A DNA stretch of 64,000 nucleotides, taken from positions 32,001-96,000 of the IMG/VR virus record IMGVR_UViG_3300037067_007848; one strand, written 5' to 3'. The stretch comes from a virus (lineage: Duplodnaviria > Caudoviricetes). The translations under genes were made by a program, and so were the position numbers. Below, in pieces: positions 29,060 through 39,300 of this stretch. Position 1 is the first letter of the stretch, and every line of letters begins with the position of its first letter. The notes under the pieces are model-generated. The model saw only the letters and a program-made list of their open reading frames with translations. It had not been told where the DNA came from and did no database searches.

Positions 29060-29496
29060 TTGACGGGCTAAATAATAGCCAATTAATCCACACTCTATTA
29101 TTCAATCTTAATAAAATTGTTCAAACAAACCCTAATTATTCGCCCACTATATTTTACCAGTCTATTGGGCAGTGTCAAATGCCATCCATGGTGGCCAAAA
29201 TGCACTATTGCAATGCCTGGAATTATCCCCATACATTAATTGCGACTAACTTAAATACGGCATCAATATTATTAAATTGTATTAGGCCAAAAAAACGCCT
29301 ATTTTATGTACATGACCCAGAATGGACATTTTTACATTGTCCACCATTTGATTTAGTAAACAATATTTATAACAATCCAAAAATCCAACTTATTGCACGT
29401 AGCAAACACCACTTTAACCTTATAAAACGTGTTTGGAAAGAACCAATTGGTATTATTGAAAACTTTGATATAGAACAATTATTGGAATATATATAA
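29023..29496 (+). CDS. Glycosyltransferase-associated hypothetical protein
   Basis: LIAT, LFYVHDPEW, LIARSKHH; resembles a GT-B N-terminal subdomain. Confidence 0.5.
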   Translation: MSTGGIKSFGVLIDGLNNSQLIHTLLFNLNKIVQTNPNYSPTIFYQSIGQCQMPSMVAKMHYCNAWNYPHTLIATNLNTASILLNCIRPKKRLFYVHDPEWTFLHCPPFDLVNNIYNNPKIQLIARSKHHFNLIKRVWKEPIGIIENFDIEQLLEYI

Positions 29497-29528
29497 TTAA
29501 AAGGCAATTCTTAAAATAAGGTAAAAAT

Positions 29529-30305
29529 ATGGAAAATCCGCAAATTAATCCGCAAATTAATCTACAAATTGATCCACGATTAGACGAAGATTACGAAATT
29601 AAAGAGGAAGATGTAGATAGTAATGAACAGGTGGAAGATATTCCAACAATGACCTCTCCCGAATGGGATGGATATGTTCTGTCACATTTTGCCCCTGATG
29701 AATTAAGTGATGGTCACCCAACTGTTGGAGGTTTAAGACGTGTGGCCGAATATTTATTGGGCGAAATTATTTCGAGTATTTCGGACGTAGTTCAGCCCCC
29801 AGTTAGCCCAGACCTTAGGGCGACCGTAATCCACACTATTACTTTTGAAAGTGGAAAACGTTTTAGTGGGGCTGCCGACTCATATTATGGAAATACCGAC
29901 AAACCCTATGGCCTTTTCCCAACGTCTATAGCCGAAACACGGGCTGAGGCAAGGGCTTTGCGACGGGCCTTAAAATTGAAAAATATTGTAAGTGCCGACG
30001 AATTGGCCAAAGACCTTGACGATAAATCAAAGAAGAAAATAGACAAATCTAACGAATCCAATGAGCCTGTAGAACCAATTAATGATACCCAGGTAAATTG
30101 TGTTAATGTGTTGTGTGGGCGGAACAACATAAATGTACAAAAAACAGTTCAAAAACATTTTGGAGGAATAAAAAATATAAAAGAATTAACGCGGGAACAG
30201 GCTACAAATTTAGTTCAAATATTATCGGGATTGCAACAGGATAGAACAAAAATTACTGACGATGTGGCGGGTTTTAATGTGGATTGGAAGGCAAATTTTG
30301 CCTAG
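29529..30305 (+). CDS. Rad52/Sak-like single-strand annealing protein
   Basis: GLRRVAE, FSGAAD, IAETRAEARALRRAL..VSADEL, C-terminal LTREQA helical module. Confidence 0.65.
   Translation: MENPQINPQINLQIDPRLDEDYEIKEEDVDSNEQVEDIPTMTSPEWDGYVLSHFAPDELSDGHPTVGGLRRVAEYLLGEIISSISDVVQPPVSPDLRATVIHTITFESGKRFSGAADSYYGNTDKPYGLFPTSIAETRAEARALRRALKLKNIVSADELAKDLDDKSKKKIDKSNESNEPVEPINDTQVNCVNVLCGRNNINVQKTVQKHFGGIKNIKELTREQATNLVQILSGLQQDRTKITDDVAGFNVDWKANFA
29535..29576 (+). repeat. 12-bp tandem repeat (AATCCGCAAATT x2 plus degenerate copies) encoding NPQI
   Basis: aatccgcaaatt aatccgcaaatt aatctacaaatt gatcca. Confidence 0.8.
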
Positions 30306-30334
30306 GTATAACAACGTATAAAGAAAGGTTTACA

Positions 30335-30664
30335 ATGAAAGTTACATTTTACGCAACTGACAATTTGAAGTTTGAAGTCGACGGCGAGATGCAGATTGAT
30401 GTTTTTGAAAAAATCTCCTCAATCCAAGAGGTCTTTTCACACACAACCTGCGGGGTTTGCGGGGCCGAGGCAATTTTTAGGGTCCGCGAAGACAAAGAAG
30501 GCAATAAATACTACGAAATGTATTGTATAGACCTGTCCTGCCGTGCAAAATTAGCATTTGGGCAAAACAAAAAGGGCGGCACCCTATATCCAAAACGTAA
30601 AGACAAAGAGGGGAATTGGATTCCTAATAATGGTTGGGAGAAATACGAAGCAAAACCAGCCTAG
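30335..30664 (+). CDS. Small zinc-ribbon protein (possible ssDNA-binding partner)
   Basis: CGVC...C..SC, FGQNKKGGTLYPKRKD; SD before the ATG at 30335. Confidence 0.7.
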   Translation: MKVTFYATDNLKFEVDGEMQIDVFEKISSIQEVFSHTTCGVCGAEAIFRVREDKEGNKYYEMYCIDLSCRAKLAFGQNKKGGTLYPKRKDKEGNWIPNNGWEKYEAKPA

Positions 30665-30690
30665 CCTTTATTGTTAAATCTTTTCTTAAT

Positions 30691-30726
30691 AATCCGTCAG
30701 GAAATGATTTCTTGGCGGATTTTTTT
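30691..30726 (+). terminator. Rho-independent terminator
   Basis: AATCCGTCAGGAAA/TTTCTTGGCGGATT stem followed by a T-run. Confidence 0.8.
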
Positions 30727-30739
30727 ATAAAGGAATAAA

Positions 30740-31306
30740 ATGAGTTTAGATAAACGCCGCGATAATCGTTCAAAGGCCGAATTCAAAAAAGATATGATAA
30801 ACGCCGCCCAAAAAGAGGCAAAATGGATGGAGATTTTGTGCGGCCAACTCAAACGAAATAAACGTGAATTTACACTGCGGGATACGGGCGTTGACAATAC
30901 GGGCAAATTAATTGATGGGGTATTACCGAAAAATACGCCCGACTTTTATTTAGAGAATAATAATGGGGGTGGTCAATATATTGAAGTCAAAACCGCCCCC
31001 GAATTTTGCGATGGTAAATTTTACACATTTAAGGTGTCGTCGCTCAAAATGTGCATCGCCCATAATTCCTGGATATTTTTGCCCCGCCGCCCATTTTTCT
31101 ATTTAATTCAATGTGGCGGAATGGAAAAACTGCTCGAATATTCGCCCAAGATTTATCCTGGGTTTTCGCCCAATGATCCCGCTATTCGTATTTATCACAA
31201 AAACTTTATTTCCTTATTAAATAATGGGTTGGTCACTAAACATAATTGGGATAAAATATCGCGTCAGCTAATTGACGATTCGGCCCAAGAATTTGGACTG
31301 TTTTAG
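30740..31306 (+). CDS. PD-(D/E)XK nuclease-family protein
   Basis: TPDFYL...YIEVKT; last gene of the + arm. Confidence 0.65.
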   Translation: MSLDKRRDNRSKAEFKKDMINAAQKEAKWMEILCGQLKRNKREFTLRDTGVDNTGKLIDGVLPKNTPDFYLENNNGGGQYIEVKTAPEFCDGKFYTFKVSSLKMCIAHNSWIFLPRRPFFYLIQCGGMEKLLEYSPKIYPGFSPNDPAIRIYHKNFISLLNNGLVTKHNWDKISRQLIDDSAQEFGLF

Positions 31307-31315
31307 GTTCTTCCC

Positions 31316-31942
31316 CTAAGTTCTTCCAACTTTATTACATCCACACCCGCCACCACCATTATTGGTTGGGCTTGCCTTTTGTATAGTCGCCCCCACAATA
31401 TTATTTTCGGCCTCAATTCTGGCCTGTTCTATTTCTGACTCTGTTGGTGGCTGCGGTATTTGGTTATCGGATAGTGGCAAACTTTGCGGAGATTCAATTA
31501 CTGCTGGTGTAAAACCCTCTTCCTCTATCCATTTTGGCGGATTCCCAGGGCATCGTGTCGTAGCCCATGCAATTTTATTTAGATATTTTCGCTGATTAAT
31601 ATAACACCCACATATTTTACACGCATATCCATTATACATTTCACATTTTTCGCATTGTTCTTTGAAAATTTGATCTATTTTCTCTTGTGAACGCATTGGG
31701 CGACCAGCAAGATTCCAATGAATGTAGGAATCGGCATAGGATTTCATTCTTGTCCAAGTATTGGGCATCTCAATAATATTTTTATTTTGTTGTTCAGAAA
31801 TATTCTGTTTAATATTATTTTCTCCAGGACGACAAAAACGATTTGGTGGTTTCCCCAGCCCCACCTTATCTTCCCACGGCACTTTACAATTTTGACAAAT
31901 AAATATTTTATTAGATTGCTTATAAAATTGACATACTTTCAT
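31316..31942 (-). CDS. Cys-rich small protein
   Basis: CEKC...CKICGC....K....CP..KW; terminal GCGC. Confidence 0.7.
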   Translation of the reverse strand: MKVCQFYKQSNKIFICQNCKVPWEDKVGLGKPPNRFCRPGENNIKQNISEQQNKNIIEMPNTWTRMKSYADSYIHWNLAGRPMRSQEKIDQIFKEQCEKCEMYNGYACKICGCYINQRKYLNKIAWATTRCPGNPPKWIEEEGFTPAVIESPQSLPLSDNQIPQPPTESEIEQARIEAENNIVGATIQKASPTNNGGGGCGCNKVGRT

Positions 31943-31951
31943 TACAACCTC

Positions 31952-34900
31952 TTAATAATGTATTGTTCTAATAATTTTCATAAATGATGATAAATCTACA
32001 GAATAACAACAGTTTGAGTCATGCCCAGAACAAATGGCTTCACAACTTCCACAGTTAATAGTACCAAGATAATATGTTTCGGGATATATATGGTATGCGG
32101 GGTAGTCCCTATTTGTTATTGTTGGAAATGTAACCTGAAGTTTACTTTCTAAATTATTGCTATACATCGCTGAAGCCATATAAACTTCTGTAGGCCCAGA
32201 TTCTAATTCATAATAATATTCACCATTTGGATAGTGTTTTGTTGCAATATAACCCTGAACAATTGAATTAATTCTATAATTATTAATAATATATATAGTG
32301 CTATTAATTGTTACGCTACTATCATAGGCATATTCAGCCACCGAAACACTCTCATAATATGGTGCCAATCCAATACCATCATTGGGGAAGCTCCATGTTT
32401 GTCCATCTTGAAGTCCTGCATAAAAATATTTTTCCGATACTATTTGACTTACTAAATATCCCCAGCCAGATGGAAAATTATATATTTGCCCATTAATATT
32501 ATCGCCGTTTTTACAAGAACTAACATATCCACCGCCATGAATAACTCTATAAAATGTAGCATCTGGTTCTCGAATACAATTAATGCCAACTATTGGTTGT
32601 GGCCCCCAGTGATGGCAACTATCCGTTGGTGATTTTTCCAGGGTAATATCCATACTGGTATATGTGGATGCAGTTGGTGCTTTATATTGTCCCGAATCAA
32701 TTTCTATTGTCAATGTAGTTCCGCCGTGCAATATATTTTCAACATACCACGTTGAATCACCCGCCCTATTATCATAAAACACGTCATATGGAATATAATT
32801 TAGGACAACACTTCCAAAACTATTAAAATTAATGGGGTCATCAAATGGGTCGCTTAACCAACTACTATAAGAAAAACGGTATTTACCATTACTATCTTTA
32901 ATCAATGACAGGCCATTAGTCCAGGTATTTGCGGTTACGGACTGTGCAGAAAAAAAATATGGAATATTATTTGTATTTTGAAGATTATAATTACCAACAG
33001 TTATTGCACAGCCAAACGATACTAATGTCCCACATAATTTATAATATTCAATAGGATACCCATATGTCTCTAAAATATGATGTTCGGTATATCCTGCAAA
33101 ATTACCTACCAAATCTGGCATACAACAGGCCCCGCCTTTATAATAAGGTAGACAATAATAATCGGAATTAGATACATCAGAACATAATATACTTGGATTA
33201 TATGTAAATGTTGCTACGGCATCATCACGGAATTTTTTTATTGGCCCCAAAGCTCCTGTTGTAACCGCTGTATTTTTTTGTACTGGTAATGCCTCATTAT
33301 TAAAATCAAACATATTTGGTTGATATTGTGATAAATCCTCTGAAAATTTAGCAAGTTGCCCATATGGCGTAACATAGGTATAAACACACCTTGGCATATT
33401 GGTAGAAAAAGACGCTGGATAAAATTTTCCAAAATGTGGATTTAATATCATGTACTGATCTGTATAATTGGACAAATCTAACAAATATGTATATTGTGGT
33501 AAAAGACTAAATATAAATGGATAAACAACACTTTCATAAGAATGGGCATAATATCCAAAAATCCCATCTTCCATTACATCTTCTATGTTATAGGCATATC
33601 CCCCACTACCTAAAACATATTGATTACTGCCAATAGATGTTATTCCTGTTCCGCTTGCTTTGATACTATTAGATGAGTATTTATAATATAATGTATAAAA
33701 ATCATTACCTCCACCAGTGGCACATGGATCATAATAATTTTCATAATAAACAGTCTGATCGGATGGATATTGTGCATTAAAAATAATATTTCCGCCACCC
33801 ACATTTATTATTGGTTCTCCACCAGTTGCATATGTTAATGAATATTCTACAACATTTTGAGATGTTCTTACTGTACAATTAGAGGTATATGTTTCTCCAC
33901 CGATAGTAGCCCCACCATATCGAACAAAACATGCAGGCTGTAAACTTGGGCCACTCCCATTGCCTTCGTATTCAACTATAGGAAATGTTGAAATATTAAC
34001 ACTTGGTGAATAATTATCTATATAATCCAATATGGTAATACCATTTGCCCCACGAATACTTTCATCAAAACAACATGGTTGCGGTTGTACACTATCAGTA
34101 TATGCAACATAACATTTTGGCCCACAATTTACAATTAGTCTGTTAAATCCAATTAAATTGCCATTAGCTCCTTGACATTCAACCGAAAATTTTACATCTC
34201 CTTTATTAAAATCGTCTATATCAACAGTGGAAATTAAATCGGTAAGATCGGTCATTGCACTACCATTATCACAGGCGTTTACAACATCAGTGTGCCCATT
34301 TGCCGATAATGTTCCTGCGATTAATCGAACAACTTCTTTATCATATACAATATAGACCTTATTTATTAATCCTGGGATATTATTTTTTGATGCTAAAGTC
34401 GTTCCTTTATATGTAAATTTACTATCACAATATATTTGTCGTCCCCAAGTTAGGGTATCGTAAAGATCATTACACCGAACATCGTGTATAATATATGTTT
34501 TGTAATTAAAAATACTTTCTAAACAATAATCGCCATTAGAACCAAAATATAATTTATACGAACTTCCATTTTGCCCACTAAAATATGGGTAAGACAGTGC
34601 AATATTAGCATAATTGTACAAACCTGTTAAATTTCCTGTGGCCGATGTTATTGTACTATTAAATATTCCAGAAGGAGTATTAGTATTAGTGAATACATCA
34701 GGATATGGTGTATATTCTACACTATAATTTGACAATGGGGAAAAAGCTAGATTTTTATACGAAGCCTTGCCATTTCCAATATAGGTGGAACGACTTGTAA
34801 TAGGAATGCTATCAGTTGTAGAATATTGAAATCCTTCTCCTACGACACATGGACGCCCAATATCCATATCACCATTATCTAATGTCCATGGGTCCAGAGA

Positions 34901-36376
34901 AGAATTTCTCATATCAAAAAAATAATTTTGATTATATAAACCACCAGAAATAGTAATAGAATTAGAAGTATTACCACTAACTGGAAATAATTCGTTATTT
35001 ATTGTTATATATTTATCGGTTAAATCGGGTAAAATTCCTCCAGTTGGCATTTCACGTAAAAATAAATATTCCCCACTTTGAACCCCAATTCCAAAATCTA
35101 CATATTTTTCACCTGTAGAGCTATATAATTGATATGGTAATAAAGCCCCATGATTTAGTACAACAGCCCCATTATTATTTGTTCCCGAAAATGTATTAGG
35201 AAAAATATATTGAAAATATTCATCATAATCATGCGATACACCAGAAATAATACTATCTACATTATAATATAAACCAGTTTGTTGTGTGCCACCATAGGTA
35301 TATATAAACGGATACTGCCCCGCAAGTATTACGTCAAATACTTTATCATATAATACACCAGTTGAATTTTGAAAAAAAATATTTCCTGATAAACATCCAA
35401 GTTGATGAAATAAATCGTCTGACATCCCAGAAGAAGTTCTTATATACCAATCACATTTATATATTAAATCACCATATGGAATACCACTAATAGCACCAGT
35501 ATATCCATAAAAATTACCAAAATTAAAAGGAGAAAGAAATAAAGTATTAGTGGTATTATGTACTATTGTACTATATTCATAATAATAATAAGTAGAATAA
35601 GGATATGTATGTTTATATAAAAGAATAGAATATCCGTCAAACATTCCATCTATCCAATTTTTAGCATTTTCCACATATATACTACTGGTTGGAATATAAG
35701 AGGTTCCGTCATATGTACAGTCTATTGTTAATGTTCCATATCCCGTTGGGCAACTTCCAGTAATAATAACTCCAAGTTCCGTATTATGTGATATTGTTTC
35801 GGTAAAAGGATTTATATAATGATCTTCTTCATTATACGTTAATGGTTTAATAGGTAATTTTAATATATCTCCAGTCCAATAATTATCACTCCACCCAATC
35901 GGTGATTGCGGTTGAAAATATCCTGGATAAAAATATCCCGATCCACTCACAGTTATATTGGTATCATAATTATATTCAAGATATGATTTATCTATATATA
36001 GTCCGTATCCATAGGCAACGGGAGTATTAGTATATATAGCGTGAGAAATTGCCCCACTTATCATATATACATTATCGGCCACTAAATTATCTTGTATTAA
36101 ATTATAATCACTATCATATAATCTCATCACACCATTTGTATATTTTGGCATTCCAACACAATTACAACCAGTTCCTTGAACATTACATGTATTATCTCCA
36201 GGATAAATATCAGGTAATAAAACCCCATCATCGCATTCTACATAATCAGTGTGATATTTTGTTAAGATTGGATAGGCATAGGCCGACCCAGTTCCTGTGG
36301 CAGAATATATAAATCGAACATCTCCCTCGACACACGCACATAAATTACAATTACATCGTGGGGTAAATCTAAACAT
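31952..36376 (-). CDS. Large Tyr/Gly/Cys-rich tail-tip or adhesin protein
   Basis: About 1474 aa, beta-rich composition, N-terminal CNCNLCAC; downstream of the tape measure. Confidence 0.65.
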   Translation of the reverse strand: MFRFTPRCNCNLCACVEGDVRFIYSATGTGSAYAYPILTKYHTDYVECDDGVLLPDIYPGDNTCNVQGTGCNCVGMPKYTNGVMRLYDSDYNLIQDNLVADNVYMISGAISHAIYTNTPVAYGYGLYIDKSYLEYNYDTNITVSGSGYFYPGYFQPQSPIGWSDNYWTGDILKLPIKPLTYNEEDHYINPFTETISHNTELGVIITGSCPTGYGTLTIDCTYDGTSYIPTSSIYVENAKNWIDGMFDGYSILLYKHTYPYSTYYYYEYSTIVHNTTNTLFLSPFNFGNFYGYTGAISGIPYGDLIYKCDWYIRTSSGMSDDLFHQLGCLSGNIFFQNSTGVLYDKVFDVILAGQYPFIYTYGGTQQTGLYYNVDSIISGVSHDYDEYFQYIFPNTFSGTNNNGAVVLNHGALLPYQLYSSTGEKYVDFGIGVQSGEYLFLREMPTGGILPDLTDKYITINNELFPVSGNTSNSITISGGLYNQNYFFDMRNSSLDPWTLDNGDMDIGRPCVVGEGFQYSTTDSIPITSRSTYIGNGKASYKNLAFSPLSNYSVEYTPYPDVFTNTNTPSGIFNSTITSATGNLTGLYNYANIALSYPYFSGQNGSSYKLYFGSNGDYCLESIFNYKTYIIHDVRCNDLYDTLTWGRQIYCDSKFTYKGTTLASKNNIPGLINKVYIVYDKEVVRLIAGTLSANGHTDVVNACDNGSAMTDLTDLISTVDIDDFNKGDVKFSVECQGANGNLIGFNRLIVNCGPKCYVAYTDSVQPQPCCFDESIRGANGITILDYIDNYSPSVNISTFPIVEYEGNGSGPSLQPACFVRYGGATIGGETYTSNCTVRTSQNVVEYSLTYATGGEPIINVGGGNIIFNAQYPSDQTVYYENYYDPCATGGGNDFYTLYYKYSSNSIKASGTGITSIGSNQYVLGSGGYAYNIEDVMEDGIFGYYAHSYESVVYPFIFSLLPQYTYLLDLSNYTDQYMILNPHFGKFYPASFSTNMPRCVYTYVTPYGQLAKFSEDLSQYQPNMFDFNNEALPVQKNTAVTTGALGPIKKFRDDAVATFTYNPSILCSDVSNSDYYCLPYYKGGACCMPDLVGNFAGYTEHHILETYGYPIEYYKLCGTLVSFGCAITVGNYNLQNTNNIPYFFSAQSVTANTWTNGLSLIKDSNGKYRFSYSSWLSDPFDDPINFNSFGSVVLNYIPYDVFYDNRAGDSTWYVENILHGGTTLTIEIDSGQYKAPTASTYTSMDITLEKSPTDSCHHWGPQPIVGINCIREPDATFYRVIHGGGYVSSCKNGDNINGQIYNFPSGWGYLVSQIVSEKYFYAGLQDGQTWSFPNDGIGLAPYYESVSVAEYAYDSSVTINSTIYIINNYRINSIVQGYIATKHYPNGEYYYELESGPTEVYMASAMYSNNLESKLQVTFPTITNRDYPAYHIYPETYYLGTINCGSCEAICSGHDSNCCYSVDLSSFMKIIRTIHY

Positions 36377-39300
36377 TACATCCCGCCTCAATTACCCATT
36401 GTTTACTATCGGCCTCGGCACAAACAATTTTTGTTCCTATTGTTAATGTTGTACCTGCTGGCAATAAATAATCATACACTGCAATTCCCGTTGCAGTATT
36501 ACCATAAGATAAGGTAGCCGTTCCACTACCACCAGCCGAAAGGGCTGTAGTTAATGTACCTAATGATATCCCTCCTCCACCGCCCGCCGATACAATAAAA
36601 TGATTGTGCGAATGACCATTCCACGAAACCACCACTTTATTACCAGAGGAATAAGCCTTGCCTAATGTTTCGGAAATAGCCACACGGGCATCAGAATTAT
36701 CTATTAAAATACCACTATTATCAAATAGAGGAAAGGTATTTAACAAACGTCCAATTCCAGTTCCAAAAGCCGAAATACTCGTTAATAATTCCACCGACAA
36801 CATATCATAATTTGGGACTGTCCATACGCCGCGATTTCTATCATATCTTAAATCTACAGGGGCAACAGGCCATGTTTGAGGTTTTTGCAACCAATCTGGC
36901 ATAAACTTATCTTGTAATAATTCATTAACATATATACCGCTAGTCGTATGCCCATAAACATCGGCGGCATTTGGGATTGGTTTACCATCTATATCATATC
37001 CCCATCCCTGCATTATAAGTGGACCACGTAATGCCATAAAACGATAATCGTCGGCATATGGTGATTGCCCATAGGAAATACTAGGGATAGAATTAGCTCC
37101 AACAACTCCAATATCATGCCCAACTCCAGTTGTATAAGTTTCACTTCTTTCGGTGATTAAATCTCCAGAGGGGTTTTGTAGAGGATGAAGATAATTACTA
37201 CTAATTACATTATTATATATGCCCGTTCCATTTAGTGTCATTGGTGGGATTGCCCGAATTATAGCATAATCATCTTCATTGGGTTGGGCCAATCTAGGTA
37301 AGTTGCCAGTACCATAAAGTGAAACAGGCCTAAATAATCCCTCCAAAGACATCATGGCTTTATTCTCATAGTCTGATAATTCGCCCTTAATATCATGTAA
37401 AGGATTACTTATGACAGTCGTAGTTGCAAAGCCGCTGCCGTCCACGCTTATATCACCCATCATAATATGGTGTGGTGATTGATTTGTCAATGTCAAACCC
37501 ATATCTTTGGTGGTAATTCGATAGGGCGTATTGCCCGCCCTAATTTGTTGGTTAATATTTGATGTAATTAAAACCTTATTAACATCTTTCCAAAACTTCT
37601 GCATTTTCAAATTAGCCGACGCAACCATTTTTAATCGTTCGGCATTTTGTTTGGTAAATCGTCCAAATTTTGGCGTAAAAGTTCTCATTGCGTAGGTAGT
37701 GGTCAATCCACCAAATCCAACCTGTACATCAATATTCGTAATATTTGGCCCATATATCCCTTGCCAAGGAACTTCATTAAGATAAATATAATTCGAGCTT
37801 TGAAAAGTAGAAGTGGAAATAGTCCGCGATTCCACCAAATGTTGGCCGCCCCCATAAAATCCGCCAGCCATTGCCCCCAGTTCAGCCCCAAGCGGTACGG
37901 CGGGATAGCCCGCCACGGTTATACTGCCATTTTCGCCCACCTGCATTTGTGTTAAGCCTTCCTCAGCCTTTGAATTACCAATTAAATTAAGGTTGGTATA
38001 TCCATAATAATTCCACGGCACCAAATCTTCATCTTGAATAACTTTTGTTCCACCTAATGGCCCAAGTTGAAACCACGGCCCATAAGTAAGAATATTGCTA
38101 TGAATGCCAAATGCCGCCCCTGCGGGATTGGTGTCGCAATAATAGGTATATGGATAGTGAAGACTTTTCCCACCAACTTTATTGGCCATTCCTTTCATTT
38201 TATCAGACACACCACTTTTAATTGCGGTAGCATTAGAAAGAGATAATCTATCAATCATTTTATAAATTGTCGATTCAAGCCCGCCCATAACTAGCGGAAT
38301 TCCCGTGTCAACGATGGAAATTGGGGCCTGAAGTTTTACAACAGCCCTTGGACCCGTCGCCATTGAATAATTTTCAAACACATATCCATTTGATTCATCA
38401 ACATCGGCAAGGCAATAAATATATCCGCCATATAATAGGCATGAATCGCCCAATTGTGAAATATCTTTGCCGTGATAATAATTATCCGAATCGGGAAATA
38501 CTAATAAAGTGGATGTTTTGTTATCTTCTTGTAATAAATATTGATAATAAATATCGCTGGTGGACATTCCCAAAACCGTGGATTGTTCGGTCCACCCACC
38601 ATTAACGGGTTGTTCGGAAAAAACAATTTGATAACTATCATCTTCTCGGCGGGCACAAACATATGGGACCGCCACCTGAAATGACCGCCCAAGATTATTT
38701 GCAAAGCCCAAAACCCACTGATGAAGCATTTGCCGCTCTGCGATAAGTTGAGAATTATGTTTGTCAACCTGCATTTGCTTATCAATTGCCCCCACCACAA
38801 GATGGGCTGCTTTTATTCCGCTGAGATTACTTCCACTGGCGATTTGCTCTACTAAATTATAAAGCATAAACTCGCCATCCCCACCAAGGGATGTTCCAAT
38901 ATCAGAATATTGGTGCCCACCCGACCAGGATATTTGTGCTAAATTAGTTGCAATACTAGTCCACGTATCATAACCAACTAATGCAGCCATCATTTCCGAT
39001 TCGGTAATATGGGCATATGTTCGACCCGTAATACCTGTAATACCAACGCCAGAAACTGCGGTAAGACCAGCATTTAATATTGTCGTGTCAACATCAATGC
39101 ACCAATCGCCAAACTCATCATGGTATGGTAGAAGAGTATTATTTGTCCAGGGGTCAAGACCAAAATAAGGAAGGATTGTTGAATCAACGGTATTATCACC
39201 AATTGCCTGATATAAAGTTTGTTTTTGTCCGCCAATGCAAATTGCACTTGTGGTTTCGTTTCTTAATTCTCGCCCAATTCTCGCCATATTTGTTCCGTCT

